64,000 nucleotides of DNA from an uncultured Alphaproteobacteria bacterium (GTDB lineage Bacteria; Pseudomonadota; Alphaproteobacteria; CAAHEQ01; UBA3637). Shown in pieces: positions 37,256-46,003 of the stretch. The notes beneath the pieces are model-generated. The model made no database searches, was not told the origin of the DNA, and worked only from the letters and a program-made list of their open reading frames with translations. The position numbers and the translations under genes were made by a program. The stretch covers positions 44,631 to 108,630 of the forward strand of contig CAKQGY010000004.1 in the NCBI GenBank assembly GCA_934234055.1, in the 5' to 3' direction. Numbering within the stretch: the stretch's first letter is position 1; the number at the start of each line of letters is the position of its first letter.

Positions 37256-37666
37256 ATGGATACGGAAACAGATATTTTGGCGCGAACCCTGTATGGTGAA
37301 GCGCGCGGCGAGGGTCTGAAAGGGATAGAAGCCGTCGCCGCCGTTATTTTGAATCGGGTGCGGTATGCGGCCGCGGGCGGACCGCGCTGGTGGGGGCGCA
37401 CGGTGCGTGAAGTGTGCCTGAAACCTGCACAATTTTCGTGCTGGAACGCTGCGGATCCCAACCGGGTAAAATTGACGGGGGATTTGGCGGATGATCCGGT
37501 TTTTGCGATTTGTCGGCGGGTGGCGGTGCGCGCGATAAAAGGCATATTGCCGGATCCGACGCACGGCGCGACTCACTATCATGCGTTGTCGGTCAATCCG
37601 CGGTGGGCATCGGCTCTGATCCCGACGGCGCAAATCGGAAACCACTTGTTTTACACGTGTTTATAG
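37256..37666 (+). CDS. cell-wall hydrolase, SleB/CwlJ (Hydrolase_2) type endolysin
   Basis: LARTLYGEARGEGLKGIEAVAAVILNRV...QFSCWN...THYH motifs. GGAGGA RBS right after the terminase stop. Confidence 0.8.
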   Translation: MDTETDILARTLYGEARGEGLKGIEAVAAVILNRVRYAAAGGPRWWGRTVREVCLKPAQFSCWNAADPNRVKLTGDLADDPVFAICRRVAVRAIKGILPDPTHGATHYHALSVNPRWASALIPTAQIGNHLFYTCL

Positions 37667-37675
37667 GAGGAAAAT

Positions 37676-37981
37676 ATGGCAACACTGACCATAGAAATCG
37701 GTAAATTGATGGCGCAGGTGGAGACCCTGCAAAAGCAGTTGACCGAAATTAAAAAAGAAATCGGGCAGACAAAAAATCAGGTCGCCGATGTGCATAACGA
37801 ACTGTTGAATTTTATGACAACCGTTCAAACGAAAACCGCTTGCCAAGGTCTGCACGATAAGTTGGCGGCGGCGTATGTGCCTCGGGCCGAGATTGCGCCG
37901 TTAAAAACCGTGGCGGGGATGGTGGCACTGACCACCGTGACCGCGATCGGGGCGGCGTTTTTTAACCTCATCTTGAAATGA
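37676..37981 (+). CDS. coiled-coil protein with C-terminal TM segment (holin/spanin-like)
   Basis: 101 aa, AGGAGG RBS. C-terminus VAGMVALTTVTAIGAAFFNLILK. Confidence 0.45.
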   Translation: MATLTIEIGKLMAQVETLQKQLTEIKKEIGQTKNQVADVHNELLNFMTTVQTKTACQGLHDKLAAAYVPRAEIAPLKTVAGMVALTTVTAIGAAFFNLILK

Positions 37982-37995
37982 AAGGAGAAAATCAG

Positions 37996-38181
37996 ATGAT
38001 GACATTTATTATGACTTATTGGAATGAAATGCTGATTGCCGTATCGGGGATTATCAGCGGCGCCAGCGCGTTGGCCGCCTTGACGCCCACGCCGCGTGAT
38101 GATGCGTTTTGGTCCAAAATTAAAAAAGCCGTTGACTTGGTGGCCCTGAATGTCGGGTATGCCAAGCCGGCAACGGCCTAG
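37996..38181 (+). CDS. small phage membrane protein (holin-like)
   Basis: 61 aa. TM segment then TPTPRDDAFWSKIKKAVDLVALNVGYAK, a motif seen in small phage membrane proteins. Confidence 0.45.
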   Translation: MMTFIMTYWNEMLIAVSGIISGASALAALTPTPRDDAFWSKIKKAVDLVALNVGYAKPATA

Positions 38182-38188
38182 GGAAAAA

Positions 38189-38214
38189 ACAGCCCCGGAA
38201 CACCCCGGGGCTGT
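38189..38214. terminator. terminator hairpin between convergent genes
   Basis: Perfect 10-bp stem ACAGCCCCGG / CCGGGGCTGT. The A-run on the plus side gives T6 on the minus strand, downstream of 38220..39059. Confidence 0.7.
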
Positions 38215-38219
38215 GCCTG

Positions 38220-39059
38220 TTATAATTCGGGCTTTAAGATGGAGGGCGTATCCCAATACCCCTCGTTCGGGTGAATCAAGCGGGGAATCAGGGCGTAATC
38301 GATCATCTTGATTCCCAGCGGATTTTCAGCATTGGGTGCCCCGCCTAAAACCGTTTGGACATACCCCTTAAACCGCTGGTGTCCGCGGTTGTTTTTTAAT
38401 TGACATTCCAAGCATGCCCGCCCGGCATCATGGCAATTACAGATCGGATTAAACGGATCCAGCGGCGGCATATCAAACACATCAAACAGCACTTCCCACA
38501 GCCCTGACGGCGTGCGGTTGGCATAGTAAATATACACTCGGCGATCCAGACCACGCCCGCGGGTTTGGCCTTGCAGGACGCTGTTTTCTTTGTTATAAGC
38601 CTTGAAATCATCGTCAGAGGCCAGGTATTTAGTCGTCGCATTTATCAGGTTGCGTTGTTGAATCGAATCTACGGCGGCACTGTTGCGGGCGGTGATATAA
38701 TCGCGGACAGCCTTTTCCATCATTAACTCCATACCCGAAACCGTGCGTGCGGGCGGTTCGGCCCGACGAATGACTTTGCGCATCGGATCCATGGTATACA
38801 TATCCCAGCCCGTGCGAACGGCAATGTCCTGACGCGCGGCCAGATAAACATACCCGCACGCCAGTGCAATCAGCACGCCCAGATTGATAAAACTGAGCAC
38901 CGCCAGCAATCGCACCGTGCGTAAATAGCGACGCTCGGGAATAGCGGAAATTTGCATACGCAAGGGATAGGCTCCCAGTTCGTCCTGATTATTCGGGGTG
39001 GAGTCCTCGGGTCGTGAGAATCGTTTGAAAAAAGCAATGATTTTGGGTGAAACGGGCAT
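38220..39059 (-). CDS. VirB8-like type IV secretion component (tentative)
   Basis: 279 aa, bitopic (TM LAVLSFINLGVLIALACGYVYL). AVRDYITARNS segment and C-terminal NPLG motif as in the VirB8 family, with an extra Cys-rich insert PICNCHDAGRACLECQ. Confidence 0.45.
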   Translation of the reverse strand: MPVSPKIIAFFKRFSRPEDSTPNNQDELGAYPLRMQISAIPERRYLRTVRLLAVLSFINLGVLIALACGYVYLAARQDIAVRTGWDMYTMDPMRKVIRRAEPPARTVSGMELMMEKAVRDYITARNSAAVDSIQQRNLINATTKYLASDDDFKAYNKENSVLQGQTRGRGLDRRVYIYYANRTPSGLWEVLFDVFDMPPLDPFNPICNCHDAGRACLECQLKNNRGHQRFKGYVQTVLGGAPNAENPLGIKMIDYALIPRLIHPNEGYWDTPSILKPEL

Positions 39060-39068
39060 AACTTCCTC

Positions 39069-40286
39069 CTATTGATAACGCAGGGCTTCGATGGGGTCCA
39101 GCTTCATTGCCTTCATTGCCGGCATCAGGCCCGAGGCCACCCCGACAATCACCGCCACGGAAACCGATATAATCACCGACCAGACCGAAATGGGAACCTC
39201 TTTACCCAAGTAAATCCCGCCGATTTGCGAAAAAATAACACCCAGCAGCATACCGATAAAACTGCCGATAAACGAAATAAGCACTGATTCGGCCAAAAAT
39301 TGAAACATAATCCAGCGGTTGGGCGCCCCAAGAGCCTTGCGCGTGCCGATCTCACGCGTGCGCTCGGTGACGGAAACCAACATCATATTCATAATCCCGA
39401 TACTGCCCACAATCAGCGAAATGGACGCAATCGCCGCCAGCAAGATCGATAAAATCAGCCCGACGCTGCGCACTTTCTCGACCATCTCGGTCATCAGGCG
39501 GACGGTGAAATCATTGTCGGTGCCCTCCTTTAAGCGGTGCCGGGCACGAAGTTGATACTCTATGCGGTTGGCAACCGACTCCATTTTGGTCTCGTCCGTG
39601 ACCTTGACAAACGCAATGTCCGTGTATTGCGGGCGGTGCGATCCCCGCAAGCGTTGGCGCAAGGTGGTGGCAGGCATCATGATGATGTTGTCCTGATCGT
39701 CGCCCATTAACCCATCGCCCTTTTCCCGGAGCGTCCCGATGACGGTGAACGGTTGGCCTTTGAGGCGCAAAGTCTTGCCGATCGGGTCTTGGAGGCCGAA
39801 CAGCTCGTTGACGATCGTTTGGCCGATCACCACATACGGACGGCCGGATTTTAAGTCGCGATCGGTGAACATCGTGCCGCGATCAATCTCCCAATTGTTG
39901 ACAATTAAAAACTCGGGCGTTGTGCCGGCTACGCTGACACCGTAGTTGTTGTTGCCATAAACAGCCTGAACAGCGGCACTGACAATATAAGAGGCCGTTT
40001 CTACATCTTTCAGATTGCGCAGAGATTCAATATCGTCAAAACTGACACTGGGGCGACCGCGACCACCGCGCACACCGCCGCTGACGGTCTCGCCGGGGCC
40101 GATGATGATCAGGTTCGTGCCCATGGAGTCAAAAGTCTTGGTAATCTCGTTCTGGACCGTTTGGCCGGCGGCAACCATTAAAACCACCGCAGCAACCCCG
40201 ATCATAATCCCCAATACCGTTAAAAATGTTCGCATTTTATAGGCCGTGATGGAAATCCAAGCCTCGCGCAAAATCTGGCCTAGCAT
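39069..40286 (-). CDS. ABC efflux permease, MacB/FtsX family
   Basis: 405 aa. N-terminal TM, periplasmic MacB_PCD-like domain, FtsX C-terminal bundle, ends DPIEALRYQ. Confidence 0.85.
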   Translation of the reverse strand: MLGQILREAWISITAYKMRTFLTVLGIMIGVAAVVLMVAAGQTVQNEITKTFDSMGTNLIIIGPGETVSGGVRGGRGRPSVSFDDIESLRNLKDVETASYIVSAAVQAVYGNNNYGVSVAGTTPEFLIVNNWEIDRGTMFTDRDLKSGRPYVVIGQTIVNELFGLQDPIGKTLRLKGQPFTVIGTLREKGDGLMGDDQDNIIMMPATTLRQRLRGSHRPQYTDIAFVKVTDETKMESVANRIEYQLRARHRLKEGTDNDFTVRLMTEMVEKVRSVGLILSILLAAIASISLIVGSIGIMNMMLVSVTERTREIGTRKALGAPNRWIMFQFLAESVLISFIGSFIGMLLGVIFSQIGGIYLGKEVPISVWSVIISVSVAVIVGVASGLMPAMKAMKLDPIEALRYQ

Positions 40287-41023
40287 ACCTGATCCTCCCC
40301 GATGTAATCGGCACGCGGGCCGTCGTAGACCTTGCGACCGTCGCCGATCTTGATCATACGGGCGGCATAGTCGGCCACATCGTCCTCGTGAGTCACCAGC
40401 ACAACCGTAATGCCTTGGTGGTTGAGGGCGGTGAATAACTCCATAATCTCGTCAGAAGTTTTGCTGTCCAGGTTGCCGGTGGGCTCGTCCGCAAAAATAA
40501 TCTTGGGATTGTTGATCAGGGCTCGGGCAATCGCAACACGCTGTTGCATACCGCCGGAAATCTGAGTCGGCAGGCGGTCGGCATACCCGTCCAATTGCAC
40601 CTGATGGAGCATATCCGTCGCACGACGATAGCGCTCGGCCTCGCCAATGCCTTGATAAATCAAAGGGAGAGAGACATTGTCGGCAATGGTCCGTTTCATC
40701 AGGAGGTTAAAATTTTGAAACACAAAACCGATTTCTTGGCCGCGGATATGCGCCAACTCACTGTCGGATTTTTGGGAAATGTCCGTCCCGTCCAGCAAAT
40801 ACACGCCGGAAGTGGGACGATCCAAACACCCGAGAATGTTCATCAGCGTAGACTTGCCCGAACCCGAATGCCCCATAATCGCGACAAACTCGCCCGGACA
40901 GACCGAAAAAGAAATATGCTTTAAAACCGACTGACTGAGCCCGCCGGCCATAAAATAAGTCTTACACACATCTTGAACCTGAATCACAGGACGGGCAGGC
41001 GGTGATGTCGGTTTCTTGGTCAT
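40280..41023 (-). CDS. ABC efflux ATP-binding protein (MacB-type ATPase)
   Basis: Walker [10 protein letters not shown], signature [15 protein letters not shown], Walker [10 protein letters not shown]. The ATG shares one nt with the upstream stop (TGATG). Confidence 0.85.
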   Translation of the reverse strand: MTKKPTSPPARPVIQVQDVCKTYFMAGGLSQSVLKHISFSVCPGEFVAIMGHSGSGKSTLMNILGCLDRPTSGVYLLDGTDISQKSDSELAHIRGQEIGFVFQNFNLLMKRTIADNVSLPLIYQGIGEAERYRRATDMLHQVQLDGYADRLPTQISGGMQQRVAIARALINNPKIIFADEPTGNLDSKTSDEIMELFTALNHQGITVVLVTHEDDVADYAARMIKIGDGRKVYDGPRADYIGEDQVC

Positions 41024-42144
41024 CAGCGCTTTTTCCCTTGCGAAATGAACTCGGTAATCACTTGGTCGCCCGCGGTGAGACCGGATTTGACCTGAACCCA
41101 CGACGTATCAGCAAGACCCCGCGTGAAAACGGTCGGAATAACTTTACCCCCTTGGAAACAGTAAACCATGGCCTCGTCGGGTTTCAGTTCCAGTTTGGAT
41201 TGGGGCAGAAAACGACGGACAAAGGCGTTGGGTTTGAACTGCAACGCGGCAGTGGGCAAGCGCGGCACATCGTTTAGTTCTTGAATCACAATCGTAACAA
41301 ACGCCGTCATACCGGGCAGCAACTTGCGCGAGGTGTTGTCAACCTCAATCACCACGGTATACATCACGACATTGGACTCCTCGGTCGGGGAGAGGCGAAT
41401 CTGACGCACGATGCCGTTGAACACATCGGTGGGATATGCGTCCACCGTGAAAGTGACAGGCATATCGGACTTGATGGAGCCGATGTCGGCCTCGGCAATG
41501 TTGGCCTCTATCTGCATCTTGGACAAATCTTCGGCCACCGTGAACAGAGTCGGCGTTTGCAACGATGCCGCCACGGTTTGACCCTGCTCAATCTCTTTGG
41601 AAATGACGGTGCCGGAAACGGGCGAAGTAATCTGGGCATAGCCGAAATTACGCTCGGCCTTGTTAAAATCAGCCCGGGCGGTCAGGACATTCGCGTCAGC
41701 GGTGGCCTGCGCTATTTCGGCCTCTTCCAGGGACGCCTGGGAAATGAGTTTGTCCTTGTATAACTTTTCAACACGGGTGTAGTTGAGTTTGGCAATTTTT
41801 TGTTGAACCAGCGCCAAATCCAGGCGGGCACGCGCGTCGTTTTTATTCTCGATCAAAACGGAGGTGTCCAGCTGGGCCAACAGTTGACCGGCGCGAACCT
41901 CGTCATTATAATCGGCGAGAACCTTTTCCACAATGCCGGAAACCTGAGTCCCGACGGAAATGGTGTTGATGGGCTGAATCTTGCCGGTGGCGGTGACAAC
42001 CTGTTTAATCGAGCCGTTTGCAACCGAGACGGTCTCAAAATCACGGGCGGTTAAAGTCGGATTCTGCGCCGTATGATAACGATAATAGCCAAAGCCCGAC
42101 AAAAGCGTTAAAATAATTAAAGCAATGGCTGTCTTTTTACCCAT
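41023..42144 (-). CDS. periplasmic adaptor, HlyD/MacA family
   Basis: 373 aa. N-terminal TM, coiled-coil hairpin, barrel-sandwich motifs (ITSPVSGTV). Confidence 0.8.
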   Translation of the reverse strand: MGKKTAIALIILTLLSGFGYYRYHTAQNPTLTARDFETVSVANGSIKQVVTATGKIQPINTISVGTQVSGIVEKVLADYNDEVRAGQLLAQLDTSVLIENKNDARARLDLALVQQKIAKLNYTRVEKLYKDKLISQASLEEAEIAQATADANVLTARADFNKAERNFGYAQITSPVSGTVISKEIEQGQTVAASLQTPTLFTVAEDLSKMQIEANIAEADIGSIKSDMPVTFTVDAYPTDVFNGIVRQIRLSPTEESNVVMYTVVIEVDNTSRKLLPGMTAFVTIVIQELNDVPRLPTAALQFKPNAFVRRFLPQSKLELKPDEAMVYCFQGGKVIPTVFTRGLADTSWVQVKSGLTAGDQVITEFISQGKKR

Positions 42145-42147
42145 AAC

Positions 42148-43485
42148 CTAGAACCTCCCGATCGCGCGATACAAGGCGGCCTTGCTGGTCAAAACATCAT
42201 AAAAGGCGACGATGACCTGCTGGCGCGCGGTGGCCAGTTGCGACCCGGCCGTCAATAATTCCAGAATGCTGCCCTTGCCGACCTGATACGAACGGAAAGC
42301 AACACGCTCGTTCTCGACGGCACTTTCCAGCATATTGGTGCTGAGGGTGTGAGCCTCAACGGCTGTGGTATAATCCTGATAACTGTTCCAAACATCGGCA
42401 CGCACGGAATCCTGAGTTTCAGCCACGGCAAGAGCCGCCTGGCGGTAATCAAACCGGGCGCGTGCCACCCGATACGTATCGGAAAAACCCGTAAATAAAG
42501 GGAATGATAGAGATAACCCCGACGATGTGCCGAACTGCCCGTTGTTATGGCGTTTCCAGCTGTCGTCCCATCCGGCTTTTGCAGAGGCGCTGAGGGAGGG
42601 TAAACCGGCCGCTCGGGCAATTTCTATGGCGCGCTCGGACGCCGTTAAATCACTTTGTTTGGCCTTTAATTCAGGGCGCAAAGAAAGCGCTGTTTCCATC
42701 ATATCGGAGACCGTTTCGTCCGTGGCGAGTGCGGTCAAATCGCGATCCTTAGGCGGCGTGGTAACTGTCAATGCGACATCAGGGTTTAAATTTAGGAGGA
42801 TTGATAGCGCACCCTGAGCTTTTTTCAGGGTGTTCTTGGCAGTCACCACGTCCAGCAGAGATTGATCATAACTGGTCTTGGCAAGCAACTTGTCACTGGC
42901 CGAAACAAGGCCGAGCTCAAAACGCTTGACAGACTCTTCGTATGATTTTTTAAAAGAAGCCGCGCTGCTTTCGGTGCTTTTCAGGACCTCTTGCGCGCTG
43001 AGTGAATCAAAATAGGCTTGATTGATTGCCAGCACCATGTCGTGCAGCTTGGCATTATAATTGAACTGCGCCGAATCTAAATACGCTTGCATCTGCGCGG
43101 TGGTGGCACTGCGGCCGCCGAAATCGTAAATCAACCACGATAAAGCAATATTCCCCGCATACGGGTAAGTATTGCCCGATTCGGTCGATTCTATGTGGGT
43201 GTGCGTTTGACTGATAGAACCGGTAGCCGTGAGCGTGGGTAAATAAGACGATAGAGCGTCTCCTTTATCCGCCTGCGCCGACCGGACAGCCATAAAACTG
43301 CGATTGAGAGCCGGATTGTTGCAAATACCGATCTGAATCAACTCGGGCAATGTGTAGGTGTCCCGATGCTCGGGCGCGGAAATGCACCCTTGGGGCGTCG
43401 CATCGGTATAAACCGAAAACGGATCCGGGTTGGCCAGCACCGGCGCTGCTGACAAAATTGTTAATAAAATCAATAATTTCTTCAT
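42148..43485 (-). CDS. TolC-family outer-membrane efflux protein
   Basis: About 445 aa. Signal peptide MKKLLILLTILSAAPVLA and duplicated OEP repeats. ATG after GAGG; the track start at 43500 is TTG. Confidence 0.8.
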   Translation of the reverse strand: MKKLLILLTILSAAPVLANPDPFSVYTDATPQGCISAPEHRDTYTLPELIQIGICNNPALNRSFMAVRSAQADKGDALSSYLPTLTATGSISQTHTHIESTESGNTYPYAGNIALSWLIYDFGGRSATTAQMQAYLDSAQFNYNAKLHDMVLAINQAYFDSLSAQEVLKSTESSAASFKKSYEESVKRFELGLVSASDKLLAKTSYDQSLLDVVTAKNTLKKAQGALSILLNLNPDVALTVTTPPKDRDLTALATDETVSDMMETALSLRPELKAKQSDLTASERAIEIARAAGLPSLSASAKAGWDDSWKRHNNGQFGTSSGLSLSFPLFTGFSDTYRVARARFDYRQAALAVAETQDSVRADVWNSYQDYTTAVEAHTLSTNMLESAVENERVAFRSYQVGKGSILELLTAGSQLATARQQVIVAFYDVLTSKAALYRAIGRF

Positions 43486-43611
43486 AAATCGCCTCTGCAA
43501 TATAATGCTAGTTTAGAATAAAAAAAGCAGAAATGCAAGGCTTTTTTCACTTAAAACGCGAAAAACGGAGAGAAGGGGAAATGTGGTGCAGTGGTGGTAT
43601 ATAAGGCATTC

Positions 43612-43656
43612 GTGTTTGGTGGATTCCTCGGTCGTTATGCTTTTTCAGAATGACGG
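43612..43656 (-). repeat. hairpin repeat family copy (minus orientation)
   Basis: The minus strand reads CCGTCATTCTGAAAAAGCATAACGACCGAGGAATCCACCAAACACG, flanked by CT-rich sequence on that strand. Confidence 0.55.
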
Positions 43657-43707
43657 AGAGGCGGGGAACGACAAGGGAGAAAAAAACGGGAAGAAGGCAG
43701 GTTTATG

Positions 43708-43737
43708 TTGACAGCGGGCGGGGATTCGGTGTATGAT
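43708..43737 (+). promoter_or_regulatory. sigma70-type promoter for the 43791/xseB/ispA operon
   Basis: TTGACA, 18-nt spacer, TATGAT. Confidence 0.5.
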
Positions 43738-43790
43738 GGCAAAAACAGAACTATATAGTAATGGCTAAATGCTCAAAACAGGAGAAAAAT

Positions 43791-44258
43791 ATGGCGCAAA
43801 TCAATGAACAAATCCGAAAACTGACGCAAATTGTGGAAAAAAGTCAGGATAAAAAATTACTGTGGGAGGAAATGGAAATCCTGTCCCAACGGGCTTTTGA
43901 AGTGCAGGACGCTATTATGGCGGAACTGGATCGCGTGGAGGCCGTGGAAACCGATATTACCAAAGTGCAGGCAGCCTTTGCGGCGCGGGAAGCAATCTGG
44001 GATATGATGGATCAAATTACGGCCAGAGAACTGGAACTGAAAGAAAAATCGCATCACAAAGAAACCGAAGCGGAACGCAAAGCCCGCCACAAAAAAATAC
44101 GGGAAGCTGTGGCTGAGGAAGAAGAACACTCCTGCTGCTGCGGACATCATCACGCAGGGAAAGAATGCGGGTGCGGGGGTCATCATCACGCGCCTCATCA
44201 CGAACATACCGGGGTATGCGGTTGTCAGAAAGGGGAAAAAACATGCAAAAAGAAATAA
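43791..44258 (+). CDS. coiled-coil protein with His/Cys-rich C-terminal tail (putative metal-binding)
   Basis: 155 aa from the ATG after AGGAGA. Tail EEEEHSCCCGHHHAGKECGCGGHHHAPHHEHTGVCGCQKGEKTCKKK. Its end overlaps the xseB start. Confidence 0.55.
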   Translation: MAQINEQIRKLTQIVEKSQDKKLLWEEMEILSQRAFEVQDAIMAELDRVEAVETDITKVQAAFAAREAIWDMMDQITARELELKEKSHHKETEAERKARHKKIREAVAEEEEHSCCCGHHHAGKECGCGGHHHAPHHEHTGVCGCQKGEKTCKKK

Positions 44259-44491
44259 ACGAATTGACCTTTGAAGAAGCGATGGACGAACTGGAAGCGG
44301 TGGTGCGGCAACTGGAAGGCGGGAAAATTAAACTGGATGAAGCTGTGGCCGTGTATGAACGCGGGGCGAAATTGAAAGCCCTGTGCGCGCAAAAGTTGCA
44401 GGACGCCAAAGCCAAAATCGATAAACTGGTGATTGACAAAAACGGCGCGATTGTCGGAAAAGAGGACTTTGATCATGACGTTACGGGATAA
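44243..44491 (+). CDS. xseB: exodeoxyribonuclease VII small subunit
   Basis: 82 aa. LTFEEAMDELEAVVRQLEGGKIKLDEAVAVYERGAKLKALCAQKL. Confidence 0.85.
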   Translation: MQKEINELTFEEAMDELEAVVRQLEGGKIKLDEAVAVYERGAKLKALCAQKLQDAKAKIDKLVIDKNGAIVGKEDFDHDVTG

Positions 44492-45359
44492 AATGGCCGG
44501 GGTGAGATCCCTGATGAATGAACGGCTGGACGCGGCGTTGGCCGTGCCGGAGGGGCGCGATGCCCGCGTGGTGGAAGCGATGCGCTATTCCGCGATCGGG
44601 ACGGGGAAAGCCCTGCGCCCGTTTTTGACCATAACGGTGGGAGAAATGCTGGGGACACCGGCGGCGACGGTTGTGCGAATTGCGATGGCAATTGAAATGT
44701 TGCATTCGTATTCCCTGATCCATGATGATTTGCCGGCGATGGATAATGATGCGCTGCGGCGCGGAAAGCCGACGAATCATATCCGGTTTGACGAAGCAAC
44801 CGCTATTCTGGCGGGCGACGGATTGCAGGCTAAGGCCTTTGAGACTTTGGCGGACGAGGCGACTCACCCGGACGGTGCGGTGCGGGCGCGGTTGGTGCAA
44901 GAATTGGCACGGGCGGCGGGGCCTGCCGGTATGGTCGGGGGGCAAATGCTGGACCTGATCGGTGAAAAATCGCCCCTGACCCTGGAAGAAACAGAACGTA
45001 TGCAAGCCCTGAAAACCGGGGCACTGCTGTATTTCTCGTGTTTGGCCCCTGCGATCGCGGCGGGAGCGGACGAGTCTGTGCAGCAGGCTTTGTCGCGGTA
45101 TGCCCAGGCGATCGGCCTGTTGTTCCAAATCACGGACGATATTTTAGATGTTGAGGGAGATCAAGAATTGGTCGGTAAAACTTTGGGCAAGGATTCGGCG
45201 GCGCATAAATCTACTTTCGTGTCGTTGTTGGGGATGGATAAAGCGCGGTCATTGGTGCAGCACTTGGCCAAGGAAGCCGATGAAGCGTTGGCGATGTTCG
45301 GGGAAAAAGCCGAGTGTTTGAAAGAGTTGGTGGCCTATATGGTTGAAAGGAAACGCTGA
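44475..45359 (+). CDS. ispA: farnesyl/geranyl diphosphate synthase
   Basis: Aspartate-rich motifs LIHDDLPAMDNDALRRG and FQITDDILD. Canonical position after xseB. Confidence 0.85.
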   Translation: MTLRDKMAGVRSLMNERLDAALAVPEGRDARVVEAMRYSAIGTGKALRPFLTITVGEMLGTPAATVVRIAMAIEMLHSYSLIHDDLPAMDNDALRRGKPTNHIRFDEATAILAGDGLQAKAFETLADEATHPDGAVRARLVQELARAAGPAGMVGGQMLDLIGEKSPLTLEETERMQALKTGALLYFSCLAPAIAAGADESVQQALSRYAQAIGLLFQITDDILDVEGDQELVGKTLGKDSAAHKSTFVSLLGMDKARSLVQHLAKEADEALAMFGEKAECLKELVAYMVERKR

Positions 45360-45361
45360 AC

Positions 45362-46003
45362 ATGATGATGACGGCAGGTGAACGGACGGCTTTTTGGCAG
45401 GCGCTGGCACGGGCCTATCCGAACCCGAAATGCGAACTGAAATGGTCGAATCCGTTCGCACTGCTGGTGGCGATTATCCTGTCGGCGCAAAGCACGGATA
45501 AAAATGTCAATGCCGTGACGGATCAATTGTTCCCCGTGGCCGATACACCGGCGCAAATCGCGGCCTTGGGCGAAGAGGGTGTGAAACAGTATACGCGCAG
45601 AATCAACTATTATAACAATAAAACCAAGCATATTGTCGCGTTGGCACGCGAAATCCTGAACCGCTACGGGGGGCAGGTGCCGACCGATTTTGAGACGCTG
45701 TTGACCCTGCCGGGGGTGGGACGCAAAACCGCAAATGTCTTTTTGAATATCGTGTTCCATACGCCGAATATCGGGGTGGATACACATGTGTTTCGGCTGT
45801 GTCATCGATTGAAAATCTGTGGCGGAAAGACGCCGGAAGAGGTGGAGAAAAACCTGAACAAACGGGTGCCGGCGGACTATAAGGCTGATGTGGGCTTGGC
45901 TTTGGTTCTGCACGGGCGGTATGTGTGCACGGCACGCAAGCCCAAGTGCGCCCTGTGCCCGCTGTATGAGGTGTGCCGGGCCGATGAAAAGGAGGCACGA
46001 TGA
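45362..46003 (+). CDS. nth: endonuclease III
   Basis: 213 aa. HhH motif LPGVGRKTANV and Fe-S cluster CTARKPKCALCPLYEVC. Confidence 0.9.
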   Translation: MMMTAGERTAFWQALARAYPNPKCELKWSNPFALLVAIILSAQSTDKNVNAVTDQLFPVADTPAQIAALGEEGVKQYTRRINYYNNKTKHIVALAREILNRYGGQVPTDFETLLTLPGVGRKTANVFLNIVFHTPNIGVDTHVFRLCHRLKICGGKTPEEVEKNLNKRVPADYKADVGLALVLHGRYVCTARKPKCALCPLYEVCRADEKEAR

